Source: Oopsacas minuta
Taxonomy: Eukaryota > Animalia > Porifera
Direction: 5' to 3'
DNA length: 64,000 bases
NCBI GenBank assembly: GCA_024704765.1
Contig: JAKMXF010000004.1
Location: 139,013 to 203,012 of the forward strand
The position numbers and the translations under genes were made by a program. Positions within the stretch are counted from its first letter, which is position 1; every line of letters begins with the position of its first letter. The notes beneath the pieces were generated by a model. It did not search any database. It saw only the letters and a list, made by a program, of their open reading frames with translations, and was not told the origin of the DNA. Shown piece after piece: positions 37,150 through 51,048 of this stretch.

Positions 37150-38271
37150 ATGGAGAATCTGAATAATAGGGATTTTCGAGCCATAATGTTTTACAACTGT
37201 AAACGTGGAATAAACGCTATGGAGTGCATCACTGAAATGTTTTCTGTTTTTGGAGAACAGTCTCCAAACAAAACAAGCATTTACAAGTGGTACAGCCGAT
37301 TTCATTTGGGTTACATGTGCTTGGATGATGATGTTCGAACCGGACGCCCGATTACGGCGGCCACTGATGAAACTATCACCAAGGTGGAGGAACTGGTAAG
37401 AGAGGACAGACAAATTACTATCCGTCAGTTAGTTGACGATGCATCAGTATCATCGGGAACAATAGAAACAATCCTACACCAACACCTTGGTCTAAGAAAG
37501 GTTTGTTCCAAGTTAGTCCCACATTTGCTAACTTTGGAGCAGAAAAATCGTCGGATCCAATTTTGTCGCTCTATGTTACTAAAGTACTCGAAAGCAGATT
37601 CTCGGCGGCATTCAGAAGTAATAACAGGTGATAAAACTTGGGTCTACTCCTATGACATGTAAACGAAGTAACAGAACTCTAAATGGATCTTTGAAGATGA
37701 GGTACCAGACACAATTCCCAAACGATTCATGGCGGTCGGCAAGCAAATGTTCGCAATATTCTTCACCACGAGAGGACTTCTTGAATGTGATGCTTCCAGC
37801 GAAGCATACAGTTACTGCAGCTTGGTATACCGAATGTTGCCTTCATAAAGTGTTCCAAGCATTGGAAACGTTGAGACCAAAGTCTGGGATCCGTGGGATG
37901 AAATTTCATCATGATAATCTCCAGCACACACAGCCAGAAGGACCAAAGAGTTTCTAAGGCAATCAGGCTTAGAAATGATTAAACATCCACCTTACAGCCC
38001 AGATCTTACCCCTTGTGACTTTTGGGTGTTCCCAAATCTAAAAAGACAACTAAAAGGCAGACGTTTAAATCAGAATCAGAGCTAATCGCTGCGTTTTTAG
38101 AGGCAGTTGATTGTATACCAATAAGTAGCTATTCTAAGCTATTTGATATGTGGTTACATCGCTGTCAAAGGTGTATTGATGTTAATGGGGAGTATTTTGA
38201 ACATTTATTATAGTAACTTGTTAGTTCACTGTAGTGGAAACGCATTTTTCCGCGAACTTATTGAACACTCG
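37150..38271 (+). mobile_element. mariner transposon, left end missing, transposase disrupted
   Basis: MENLNNRDFRAIMFY...LDDDVRTGRP...ITGDKTWV...FHHDN...HPPYSPDLTPCDFWVFP. Right TIR GAACTTATTGAACACTCG at about 38254-38271. Confidence 0.9.
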
Positions 38272-39639
38272 GTATGGTAATAGATTTAATGGAAATATTC
38301 GTATTCCAAATGGATAACGGATTGTATTTGGTTTGTATGAATTGTATCCATCCAGCACTTCTGTACATTGGAGATACGGCATCATCTAGCAAATCTGTGG
38401 TTATTACTCTCCAAATTTGACTTGACCAGAATTATATGGAATTTCAGATCCATGAAATCCATGGTAGATTTTGTGGATGGCTTGCACAATCCTAATCCAT
38501 ATCATATCCATTGACTTTGAAATTGGCAATCCAAATCCAACCAAAATCCATGGATTTGTGGATTTTATGGATTTCAAATTCATTACATCCATAATCCTTC
38601 GCCCTTCTGTATGTAGCTAAGATATGTTTCATGCTATGGGAGAGCCCAATCTTTCGATTTCGTATTGACAAACCCAAAGTTTGCGCCACAATTTCGTACA
38701 ACACCTCCAAAACTAGGGATTTCTGAGGTGTTCGATAAGCCAAATTTTGTGAAATCCGGTGTGAAAACAAAATCGGACTGCAGAAGAGCATTAAAGTCAT
38801 TTTAGCTACATATAACCGTTTGGGACAAATCGATAGCTCTACATATGTTGATGCCACAGTACGCGACCTTAGGGCCTTATTGAAAATTTTGAGCGGCCTT
38901 GTAGACCATGAACAGACGAAAATGGAATCTGACCTGGAACAGTCAAATCTTTTCCCGATTCATTTGAAATTTTCACACAAGGTGTAGATAGAGTAAATCT
39001 GTAAAACCGAGTCTAATTCGAATATCTGATTCAGTGCCCTGGAACCTTAAATACCAGAAGAGTAATTTGAAGACTAGGATCTTTGTTATCTATATTATTT
39101 GTCCCGTTTTCTAATAGCCCATTTATTACACAATTCTTTTAATGCCCTACTTGAACACAGGTGGAACAAATGATTATTTTTTGAAATTTTTATATACAAT
39201 TGGACAATCACAGATGTAGAGCATCATTGTAACATGACTTAACCCACTTAGGAAATCTTATTTCCTACTCAAATGTATTGGGAACTCTTGGATAATCTTT
39301 ATCTTCGTTCTAAACCTTCTTCAGAATGACTGCACAATCCTACCCTGTAATTTACCTGGGTATAAGGCGTCAATTCCTCCCTGGCAAATCTTGTGCCCAG
39401 ACGGGCCGGGGCATGCCCAATAACTCAATTACAAACTGTAAAATTTCACCTAAACATTAGGTATATATCTTTTACGTATTGATCTACGGACCTAAGTATT
39501 ATTTTTTATAGTATTACCATGATTAAGTGTATCCATCTAATTGATGAACGCATCGAATACATATTTTCGTTAAGCTGGCACGCCATCTGCAGAAGATATT
39601 ATTTCACTAGACAGACCACATAGTTTCCACTGCACTATA

Positions 39640-40320
39640 AAACAATGCTAATTGTGATAATAAACTGACATCAATCATGTCGAACTTATTCTTCTTATTG
39701 ACTGTCCGATGAATCCACTGATCTATAGTATTATCGGGGTCTCATTGTCCGTCCCTCATCACAATTTGACATCAGAACTCCAAAATGTTATTTCGAGACC
39801 GAGTGTTCTTTAAATATTTATGGAACTCTTCCTTACATTGAAAATGATCTTTCACACTCGCACGCACTAACTAGTAGACAAAAGTACTCGACTCAGAGCA
39901 TGTAGAGATTCAGCATCATTGAGCTTATCATCCTCAAAGAAGCACCTCATTATGGCAATCGAGATCGCTTGATAATGACGCCGACATCTTGCAGACCATG
40001 TAATCGTTCTCCTCACAAGTCTCCCTTATACTATCTTATATCACCTAAATATAATTGAATAGTTGCTGCAAGCTGTAATTTGACAATTCTGGGGCTTCGA
40101 GTACAAGCCTCACAATCTCACGTGGATAGGTCCTGGCGAAGGTACCTTCTTGTAAGCTCTTCCTATGCATTTGTATCACGTCCATATAAATGTTGATGTA
40201 ATATGTTTTATATGATCTTCGGAGACCTCTTGCTTGTTATTGCAACTTTGGCCCCGCGGGCAACAGGGAATTGTGGTTGATTGATCAGTAGCGTTTTAGT
40301 AGTGAAAGTTATCGAAATAT
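39640..40320 (-). pseudogene. Highly decayed hAT C-terminal (dimerisation) remnant
   Basis: ACERSFS-like motif near 39850 on the minus strand; otherwise heavily disrupted. Confidence 0.4.
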
Positions 40321-40973
40321 GTGAGAAAGATATCATACTGTGCTAAACACTTTTCAACTGCAGGCTTTCTCATCACTCAGCAAGTATAGCATAATGGCCG
40401 CAGTTTGTACACATCTTCATTACTAGTAGCAGTCAGTAGGTTTATATTCATCCACTACATAGATGAGTTGGGTAGACTGATGAAGACTTTTAAGTGAAAC
40501 TTTTAATAAGTTCACAATTCCATCATTCTCTCAGGTGCTTGGCCACTTGATTGATCCCTAATACCTGAAAACTTGAGTTTAAATCCTTTGGAGAGACACC
40601 AATAAAATGTGCCAAATATTGATTCCATATATATTGGTGCATAAGAAATATTTCAACTGTGGTTTAAATCTTTTTCTTGGATGATGCCCCTCCCATTGTC
40701 CGGAAGTAGAATACTGTAGTTTTCGTTATTTATCTATTTATATGCTAAAACTCTGTTATCAGTCTATTTGTAGTGCAATAAACCGATACTTACTCTAATA
40801 TATAATATTAAACTATAAATCTGTTTGATTGGGATATTGTGCAAGTATATAGTGATTCCCCTGATTTTTGTGGACAAAAGTATAAGTATTTTATTTCACA
40901 CAGTGAAGAAATTGTTGATTTCTAAAGAGGAGGCCGAAATAATTCTGTCCGACATCCACAGAATATCTACCAT

Positions 40974-43818
40974 CAGTGGTGTTCTGCCAAATAAAGAAGT
41001 GGGGGGGCTCTCTTTTCAAATTTAGCATTTTCTTAGAAAACATAGGTGAAAACGGCCCCCAATAATGAAGTGGGGGCGCCATACCTCCCACCCGCGCGCT
41101 CCCTCCAAAATACCACTGGTTATTATTATATATAATGGTGTGTTTATATTTGCATCAGATAAAAAATAACTGCGTGAAACATGTATAATATGTAAGGTTT
41201 CAATAATTCACGATACATTATAAATGCTTAAATGCTATGTATATTATTCAAATATACTTCCAAACTGGTTTTCTTCGAATATCTGACTATTGCTACCCCT
41301 TATTTGAGTATCTGATGCACTCCGGTGATTTCTTAGCCAACATCTAGCATAATCACTAGGATCCCATAGAAAGTGGAGGGCCATTAAGTTCAATGAATAG
41401 AAGAGCAGATATGTGTGGTGCATGCAGCCGAGAATGCCGATCCTCCAATATGATATCCATATGACTGAACCCACGTTCAAATTCTGCAGTACTACATGGG
41501 ACCAGTTGGATACAATTAAACAATAGTTTTATTGTGGGTGGCAAGAATGTACCGGAATTTTCATAATAGTCACAAAAGTATCAACATATAATGATTCGTT
41601 AAGGCCGAATCGTTGACAAAGACTTTTAATTTCAGATTCACCATATCCAGGTTGATGTTCAATAGGCCAGCTATCCTCGTTCAAAATACTGAACTCACTC
41701 ATAAGAGTATTGCAAATATTTTGATCAGTTGGCGACCTGGAAAATGTAGTAACAAATAATCTGTCCTTCATCCTGTTGACAAGACATTCCAGAAATCTCT
41801 GCTTATTAATGGTTACAATATTCTGATTATGAAGGGTAATACTGTGAAATGACAGAGAATGAACTGCAGTTTGAACTTCAAGAGATTTAGAACCCAATTT
41901 GAATTGCAGTGCCTCTAAACGTCTAATAGTTTTACGTATCAATTTATCCGCACTGATAATGGTCATCTCTCGATTTTGGAGCATCTGTGAGAGGTTTGAT
42001 AATTCATATAGGGTGTCAAACATTAAAGCAAGATCTGTTAAAAACTCAGGAGAACGCATACGTCTTAAAAGTCCTGCGAACGATGCTCTATCCTTCGAAT
42101 TCCTTTCCGGATCATTAGATGCTTTTCGAAATGAGCACACAATGGATGAAAATTATTCGAAACAGCCGAAACAGTACGAAAAGAACTTGCAACCCATCTA
42201 GTGTACAAAATTCGCCCAATCTTTTTAACTTCCATTTCCAAAGTCTGACAGCATTCTCTTAGTTCCCTTTGATTTTTTGGTGAACGACTGTAAAGTGAAT
42301 ACAATTTGTCGAAGAAATGTTGAAAATGATTAATAGCTGTCACTTCATTAATTGTATCATGGATAGAAAGTTCTAATCGATGGTTTAAACAATGCCACAC
42401 AATGATTTTAGGCTACTTTGCAATTAACCTCGTAGATACGCTAGAATTTTTACCAAGCATGACACTCGCACCATCACTGGCAAAACTTACAAAATTTCTT
42501 CTTAAGAAATCATCATCAAATCAATGAATATTTAGGCAGTTCAATAAAGTTGTAGTTATTATTAACGATGATTGTCCTGACAGTTCCAACAGCTCCAAAA
42601 GCAAAAAATGTGGATAATCTAGCTTGGATGTTTCGCATTTTATGTAGACAATCAATGTTGTTTTATTCGATATAGTGGTGGATTCGTCAACCAAAATCGA
42701 AATTTTACCATTTACCTCGAGAATTCTGTTGCAAATCTTTCTGCACATTTCACTAGCAATCATGTCAATCATAACAGTGGCAGTGGACCGTGAGTACAAA
42801 CATATACCGAGATTTGCCCCATTCAATGTCTGTAGTTCAATTAGATCTGGGTGATCTGAATAAGGTTTGTTATTTTCGCAATATAATACGCTGTACGAAT
42901 CACCTTTTGTGTAAGTTCACTACGAGATGCATTCATTACATCAACTCTCTTTTCTAATCTTTCCATGTTGCTTCTTCCAAAATTTGGTTAGCCGAACTAT
43001 GGGCATTTGATAACAAATGTTTGATATCTTTTTTCTTATACTTTTTAACTTTGCAGGTTTTGAATTTCCTGAGTAATTCACTGTGCATTTGGACCAATTT
43101 TCAGGGATTGAACTTCCTTGAGTTTTTTTAATGCCCAATAATGACACCTTCTTACATAGGGAACAGCCTAATTTACCTTTGTGACATATCAACCAAGGGT
43201 AGGTAGTAGTTTTTTCAAACCATTGATCAGTTGAATAAATAATTGGAAAATCGATTTGTTTAGTACTTTCTTTGGGAATTGAGATGTCAAGAGTTGATTG
43301 GTTTACACTGTGAGAAATATTCGTAACTAATTCTGTTATACATGATTCTGCACTACAATTTGAGCAGGATTCTTCCCCTATTGAAGATAAAACGAAATCC
43401 GCGTCCGAAGCTGTTGATCTAAAAAAGTGGAGTTTGCGTGAAATCTAAATTAGATTCTTCGTATAAAACTGATCCTTGATTTGAGCTGACAGAGATCAGG
43501 CCCAAATCTTCTGTATCTTGATGAGTTTTAGTTTTCCTGGGAAAATAATCATGAATAAAACTGTGCTTATTTTTCATTATATTTAGAAATCTTAGGAAGA
43601 ATAAAATATGTAATGGGAAAGAAAATAGATGAGATATTTATGCGAGTGAAACGTAGTGCAAAAGTGCTAATATAGACAATAATATCATAGTAAGTCAGTA
43701 AATATAGATAAATTATGTCCATTAACTGATAAACTTGCGAGTTGGGTGCTAGAATGAGGATCAAGTTCTTCCAGATTATGTGCCAAGAGCGCCCCCGAGC
43801 CCCCCCATAACATCACTG
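40974..43818 (-). mobile_element. hAT element encoding a KIAA1586/ZNF862-like transposase (about 41244-43577, disrupted), 2845 bp
   Basis: Perfect 8-bp TSD TCTACCAT (40966-40973, 43819-43826). TIR CAGTGGTGTTCTG / CAGTGATGTTATG. Motifs KISILVDESTT, WHCLNHRLEL, LYTRWVASSFR and CSTAEFERGFS. Confidence 0.9.
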
Positions 43819-45784
43819 TCTACCATATTTCGATAAACAACGTTCACAAAGTTCTGAAACTTGTGTATAAGCCTAAAACCATCAGGAAATGGGATAGAAA
43901 ATGACTTAAGCGACCTCAATAACTGTGAGATTCATATTTTACTTGTGTTTTCTGTTAAAATGAACTCTTGTAATTCGTCCACAAAATCAGGAGAATCACT
44001 ATATAGCTGCGCAATATTACAATCAAACAGAGAATGGCCAAATATAAGAGTAAGTATCGGTTAATTGCTCTCCAAAAATAGACCGATGACAGAGTCTTAG
44101 CATATAAATAAATAACTAAAGAAAAATATAGTATTCTACCTCCAGACAGTGGGAGGGGCATAATTCAAGAAAAAGATATAAACCAACGATGAAATTTTTT
44201 TCAAATGTACCAATATACATGAAATCCAAAAATTAGCACATTTTGTTGGTGTCTCTAATGATTATACTCAATTTTCAGGTAGTTGGAACTACGTGAACCG
44301 AGGATAATTTTCTGTGGAAATTTTTTATTTTATATTATCCATGGTCCATACGAATTACATTCACAGGCCTTCTGTGGTGACACTGAAGATGCTATGTCAC
44401 TTTTGCTTAGTAATCTCGGCACTTCGTGACTCGGGTATTAAGAAATTCTGATATTTTGGGTTTTGTCACTCATAATGAGTGAACCTTTTGCCAGAATCAT
44501 GACTTTGGGGTATTTGCCACATTGAGGGGTATCAGTGAATTAAATTTTAAAATTCTATCATCTATACAGGCTGAGCAGTGGTAAATAATGTGATCCTACA
44601 AAGATCCAAGTAGGTGGCAATGACGTCATAATTTCGTCATAGGTGTGAACTTTCTTTCAATACTCGAACATGTCTGAGCCAGGCACAAAATACACTTATA
44701 TGCAAGATGGTCTTCCTGTTTCTTCAATGAAATCTCGACATACAAACATATACATATAAACGAGCCTTTGGCTCGTCGCTTAGAGATGGACTCGGCGCAT
44801 CGAGCCTCGAGGTATCCATTATTCTCAAATTGATGATCCCTTTTAATATTATTATATAGATATATTCAGACTAAGTAATTCACAAATATACGTATATGGC
44901 ATATATATTATTGAAATATTTTGTAAGATCAACCGTATGCAACAGTTGAGAGCAAATATCTACGTTATTTTGAGATTTGGCTAACTAGTTTACTTTATGT
45001 TCATTAAAACAGCAATAAATTTACATACGAGAAACTTAAAAATGCGAAATTCTGGTCCAGCGTACTATGTACCTGTGTGGCCGTTTAGAGCAAGACTGTA
45101 TGTGTACTTTGAGATTTGGCTAACTTGTTTATTTTATATTCATAAAAACAACAAAAAATTATGATTTGATTAACTAAAAGTTTAAAATCGAATTTCAGAA
45201 TGTTCGATATAATAATGGAAGTTATATTGTATTCTATAAACTTCTTTGATAAACATGATAAATACATAGTTATGCGACAATTTCAAAATTGCATAACGTA
45301 AACCCCTTCCTTGACAACGGACAAACAAACTAACAAACAAATAGACAGACAAACAACAATTGAAATTTAATAATATAGATACACACACACACACACATAG
45401 ATTAATTGGGTTTTAATAGTTAGATTATATATTCTTCCATCGTGATTAGATATATAAAGATATGGGGAGATTATTCATTTTCCCAAAAAGCATAAGAATG
45501 AGTAAAGTATTTAAGCGAACAGATTATAAGTAACGGCAGAAACATTCCAAGATTTAGTAGAAATAAAGACTAAGTGCAACAATTCAAATTGTGCAGTAAA
45601 ATACTCAAATTCTGAACATGTAATACGAAATAATTATCGAGTCAATAACATGCAAACTATTTCCAAAACAATTTCTATAGTAACGTATAGACTAACGTAT
45701 ATTTTGAAAATATCATTGGAACTTAGATAGTGACAAAATTAGAAACGCAAAATTGAATCTAAATAGAATAATGACCAAAGTATA

Positions 45785-47737
45785 TTAGTTGAAAGAAGAT
45801 AGAAATGATACTAAGGTCTTGACCCAAGATAAAATAGGAACAGCAAAAAGTATCAGTGACGTGCTACTTAACATAAGAAGGTGAATTTCTCTTGAAATAA
45901 TATGCATCCTCCTCGCACGTGTACCCAATAGGAGAACGAATTCAGAAATAGAACTCATACCAAGTATGATTCTCGAATCCAGAATATTATAATCAATATT
46001 ATTATATCTGTAAAACACTAAATATTCAACGAAAACAAATGAACAAAATTTAAATACGAATAACATTAAAGCGAAAATGAGGACAAGGGTATATTCATGG
46101 AAAACAAAACTAGGGAAAACGTGAAAACCGACTGATGTAAAGAAAATAGTAGAAAAAAAGTGAGTCAAACAATTTAAGTTGGTCTTCACCCTTTCGGTAA
46201 CTAGTGTACTCTTGATAAAATTCAATCCCAATCCAGCAATAAGGCAAGTAATTTCTGTACTGAACCCTATGGAATGGGAAAGGAGACAGAATGAGAAGTA
46301 TATGAAGAGTGTGTAAAACATAATCATTTCTGAATGAAGATCAGTATCGATAAACTTATGGAAAACCATTACAATGAAATATCTGTTGATAAACTTCATA
46401 ACCAACCAGATTAAAAAACAAATGCAAATACCCTTAGAAAAAAGCAAAAGGCATAGGTTGGTAAAACTAAAGAGGAAATTGGTATTTGATAACATTAATG
46501 GCATAGCAGCCATGATACAACTGAATTGAATATCTTGAAGGATCAGGATGCCAAATAAGAACCTCATAATGGGAGAGAACTGCCCAGAATTATCCTTCTG
46601 AATGAGTTTAGAAAAAAGTGGAGTACTGGACAAACTAAATGCAGCAAAAACAAAAACTATTTCTGTAACAGGTAATGTCAAGGTTATTGATAAAAAATAC
46701 CCAGTACAGATAAATATAAATGTAATAATACTACATGCCATTAAGGATGATCGCCATACCTTTCTGAGATTCTCAGGAGAAAATTCAAAACCAAATGAAA
46801 AGAGAATAAAGAATACTCCAAACTCAGCCAAACTTTGAATCTGAACAAGTGAAGTTAGCACATTTAGCCCGCTGGGACCAAGGATCATCCCAATTAAGAT
46901 GGGTCCAACTAAATGCGGAATACCAACAACAAGAAAAAATATACTCAGGATAGAAGATAAAATGAAAATTAACGATATCTCGCAAACTAAACGCATGTCC
47001 TCAATAGAAACGGTTGGATCATCAGGGCGAGACAATACATAAAGGTCATTTTTGGTGTCAATGATATAATTAATCGATTCACTAGGTTCAATACCTAATT
47101 CAGTTAATGAGATTTTAATAACAGTTTCAATTGAATGACTTCGCAACTTATACTGATCGAATAAGTCATGATGTAATTCCTCTTGTAACTGATCTGCAGA
47201 TACGAATAGTTCACCTAAAATTTGTTCGGCAAAAAATTTACTTTGAATAAGATGATTAGCCTTTTGATGAGATTCACTTAACCTCAAAAATTCATGAATT
47301 TCGGAATATTCTTCCTCACAAGTTAGAACATGATCTCTAAGTAGGTCCAACCTGGTTTTACTAACATGCATAATTAATTCAACAGATTTAACATTCCTTG
47401 AGATTTCGCTTATGGTGTGCTTAAAGTTATCAGTTACAGCAGTTACCACAGAATCCGCAATTTCTAAATCAATACTTAGAAGTGACAATACCTTCAACTG
47501 ATAACTGTATTTTTCAAGATCAGATTGCCTAGAATTTCTATCCATTATTGCTTTTAATACATCTAGCTTTGAATTTAGTCTTGATATATATTTATCTTTA
47601 GTAATCATAGGGATTTTGAGATCTTCACAAGAAAATTTACCCTCAGTAATAATTCGACCATTTGGAGAAATAAATAAATAAAAGAGAAACCAATAAAAAG
47701 ACATTCGAAATGTAGAAACAGAATACATTTCTAACAT
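45785..47737 (-). CDS. TMCO3: Transmembrane and coiled-coil domain protein 3 (CPA2/KefB-like cation:H+ antiporter), 650 aa, single exon
   Basis: Intact ORF with an N-terminal hydrophobic segment, a long coiled coil, then a multi-pass exchanger domain (GMILGPSGLNV...LAEFGVFFILFSFGFEF, SLSSTPL, GILILQDI, FFSTIFFTSVGFHVFP, SISEFVLLLG). This architecture is that of TMCO3. Confidence 0.92.
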   Translation of the reverse strand: MLEMYSVSTFRMSFYWFLFYLFISPNGRIITEGKFSCEDLKIPMITKDKYISRLNSKLDVLKAIMDRNSRQSDLEKYSYQLKVLSLLSIDLEIADSVVTAVTDNFKHTISEISRNVKSVELIMHVSKTRLDLLRDHVLTCEEEYSEIHEFLRLSESHQKANHLIQSKFFAEQILGELFVSADQLQEELHHDLFDQYKLRSHSIETVIKISLTELGIEPSESINYIIDTKNDLYVLSRPDDPTVSIEDMRLVCEISLIFILSSILSIFFLVVGIPHLVGPILIGMILGPSGLNVLTSLVQIQSLAEFGVFFILFSFGFEFSPENLRKVWRSSLMACSIITFIFICTGYFLSITLTLPVTEIVFVFAAFSLSSTPLFSKLIQKDNSGQFSPIMRFLFGILILQDIQFSCIMAAMPLMLSNTNFLFSFTNLCLLLFSKGICICFLIWLVMKFINRYFIVMVFHKFIDTDLHSEMIMFYTLFIYFSFCLLSHSIGFSTEITCLIAGLGLNFIKSTLVTERVKTNLNCLTHFFSTIFFTSVGFHVFPSFVFHEYTLVLIFALMLFVFKFCSFVFVEYLVFYRYNNIDYNILDSRIILGMSSISEFVLLLGTRARRMHIISREIHLLMLSSTSLILFAVPILSWVKTLVSFLSSFN

Positions 47738-48865
47738 AATTTTCCAGAGTAAATTGCTTTGATTTAGTTACAGAAGGTAAATCTATAATTGATTGAACAA
47801 GACACGGATACAAAGAATTAAGCGAAAAATGATCAGGGGAAATAAATAATTATGGAAACTAACATTTTCGAGATACAATCGTGTTAGCCTACTAGCAATA
47901 TCGCATGATAGCAAGATTTTTTAGCGTTGCTTTCTATACACTTTAGAAAGTTTCGTAATAAGAACACCTGGGGCATTGCGAAAGATCCTACTCCCTATCC
48001 GGAGTAGGTATTATCTGAACTAATTAACAATTAAAATGAATAAAGGGCTGATAATTGTTGGTGCATTTTTGGACTGAACTCGATGAATCGGGTACGCTGT
48101 GAAAATTTCAAAAAGATCGAATCACTGGAACATATAGCAGGTCTCTAGGGTATACTTACCTGTTGAAGGGTCAGATGTTAAAGAATCAAATTTCCACAAA
48201 AATGAACTCATTCCCTTCTCTGAAGTGTTAACTCTTGATTAAGAGAGAGTAATCGTCAATTTAACCTACGTTCATCTTCGATAAAGGTAGAACTTCCTTT
48301 GTTTAGTTGCACAGTCTTAGATCGTTTCGTAATATCCAATTCAAATTACACGACCTTATCTGCCTCTTCAAGTTGAGCGTGGTGATTTAGGAATCAAATA
48401 TTCCTTAAAAATGAGGTAGTTTGTTTATACCCAATCTTAAAAAGTCGGTCGGAAAACCTGTAGTGCAACTAGCTTACATATTCCTTTTGTTATCCGGCAG
48501 GTTTAAGATTCTTAACTAATTATAATATTTGAATCTCATTTCCAACATTATTAATTAATTGTGCAAATAATAAGTATAGATACATATACATTAGGGTGCA
48601 CCAGTTGCCTCTTGCTTCTAAAAAGAAAAGTCACTTAGTCCATTTTACTTTATCTATACTGTTTTGATTAATCACGCACAATTTGAATGAAACTCTGATT
48701 CAAGGTTTCATGCAAGAATTGATTTTTGGGGAATCAATATTGATGTAAATTTTTAGAGAGTGAAAGAATGTTTCATTGTCATCCTTCTCTTACCAGTAGT
48801 GGTAATTCAAAATATATTTTGCTCTGATTCATTGTAATTAAGTACATAACACACATTGTGAGGTA

Positions 48866-48960
48866 CAGTGTAATCCGCTTAATCTGCACTAGGATATCGG
48901 ATGTCCGCTTAAACGGGACAATCTTTTGTGGACAGAGTTTTTACAAACAAAAATCGTCAG
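48866..48960. mobile_element. pogo/Tigger-like element end
   Basis: TA|CAGTGTAATCCGCTTAAT...CCGCTTAAACGGGACA. No partner end identified. Confidence 0.4.
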
Positions 48961-49599
48961 ATAATTGAAATTTCTATCCCAATGAAAAAACCATCCGTAT
49001 ATTTATTCAGAATCATTGTAAAATGGGTTATTTCTTAACTAGGAATTTGAATATTGTATACACCCACAAAAATACTACGATTCGATTACCATTTACAAAA
49101 CTAAGATTGTTAACTTTTCTCACACACTTCAGGTTCCATTGCCTATTTCACAATGAATAAATACCTCAAAAATGACCAGATTGTTGGACAACCAAACGTT
49201 TGTATGGCTCTATGGAGTACGGATATTGAGGTTGCAGTCATAAGCACATACATTATTGTTTAAACTATAACACAGGGCTATATAAATATATTTTTTAGGT
49301 ACACAATCTAAGTTATCCAATTTTTCTAATACAACTTTTCGTACTGAGTTTGAAAAACGCATCCATTTACGGCCATCACGTCAAGATTTTATAGTACAGA
49401 ACAAAACTTGTTTTTTGAATAGTACATTTTGACATTAAAAAAATAATCAAATAAAATGTTCCCCACCTCAAAATTTTCATGTGTAAATATACTTAAATAA
49501 AATATTTCTTGTTCACTACATACTTCTACATATGAAAGGACATATACCATGTGTTATTCTATAACTTTTCTCAAGAACCTAGATTAGGACTCCAAGAAC

Positions 49600-51048
49600 T
49601 TCCTCTCATGAGATTTTCTCGCGTAATGTATGTCCACACAATCTCACTTCAGGCTCCAACAGTAGTCCACCATCATTTAGTGTCATACCTTCCTTGGTAA
49701 CGCTCTTCCATCGTTTGAATGTCCTAATGAAATCGTTCACCCTGCTCATCCGATAAGTCTCCAAGGTTTGTTGGGAATTCATCCAAGTGGCTATGTAAAA
49801 AATGAATTTTGATGCTAATATTAAATCCCAACTTATGAAAGCTTTCGAGCAAATGATTGATTAAATTCACATAATTATAGTCTATTCTATTTCCTAAGAA
49901 GCCTTTCACAACCGATACAGAGGCTTGCCATGCATCATACTCAGTATCCAACATATGAGCAGTGAATTCGGGGTCTTTCATCAATTTTCGGATGTCTTGC
50001 CCATTGAAGATACCAGATTCGACTTTTTCATCGCTCAGCCGGTGGAATCGTGAACGAAGGTATCTAAAACAATCACCATCCTTGTTAAGAGCTCTTATGA
50101 ATTGCTTAAATAACCCGAGTTTAATATGGAAAGGTGGAAAAAACAATCTTTTCCCGCTCCACCAGTGCTTCGTTGATCACAGTATCACAACCAAAAGTTA
50201 AATTTTCTCTTTTTGGCCACTCCTTTCTGATTTCAATGTTCATTCTTTGGTACTATCCCACATACACAAAAACAAAGCTATTTTGTGTACCCACTTTGTT
50301 GCCCGAGAAGGAAGCAAATCATTTTAGATTTACACAGATGATCCACTTATGAGAATCGTATCTAATTCATTGTAAAACCAGGTTGACATTTTCAAATATT
50401 TCACTTAATATCACAATGAGCAAGGGGTATTGAGCCAAACTGATTACCATTGTGAAGTAAAACAACTTTTAAATTCCTTTTTTTGAGCTCAATAAAACGT
50501 CTCCATTCATTAGCATCATTTTTCAGACCAAGGTCTTTTAACAGGTCCTCAATGTCACAACAGTAAACACAATTTTCACGTTGAGCAAAATGTTGTAAGA
50601 ATTCCTATTCTCTATGACGATAATATGAAATCTTGGTGTGTGGACCCAACAAATTATTTTGGTTAAGCCTAGATGCTAGTAGTTCGGAAGCAGCCTTTGG
50701 CAAAGCAAGATCGCGAAGCAAGTCATTTAACTCTTCCTGGTTTAATGTTTACAGTGGTTTAGATTTGATAAATTCTTCATCTCTTCTCTCATCAGGTGAC
50801 TCCACATCATCAATATTTTCTGGTTCCGGATCAGGTAAACATTGTTAACAATCAGTTATTACATGTTCAAGTTCAGGATTATTCCAAATTGAAATCGGAT
50901 TTCATCACTATGTTGGACCGGCCTTATTGCGGAAGATATAGAGGGATACTGTATTCTTGATTTGTTCTTCTCATTGAAACCTATTGTTTTGACCATAAAG
51001 AAGTAGCAATCATCAAAAGGTTTGTCAGTTCTCTCCATATCATAGGAA
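49600..51048 (-). pseudogene. Chapaev3-type (CMC) transposase remnant, 5' part lost at the Merlin junction
   Basis: PMIWRE...DDCYF...YPSISSAIRPVQHSDE, PPFHIKLGLFKQF, GIFNGQDIRKL, KIHFLHSHLD and SDEQGERFH...MEERYQG. Family name is from motif recall. Confidence 0.8.
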
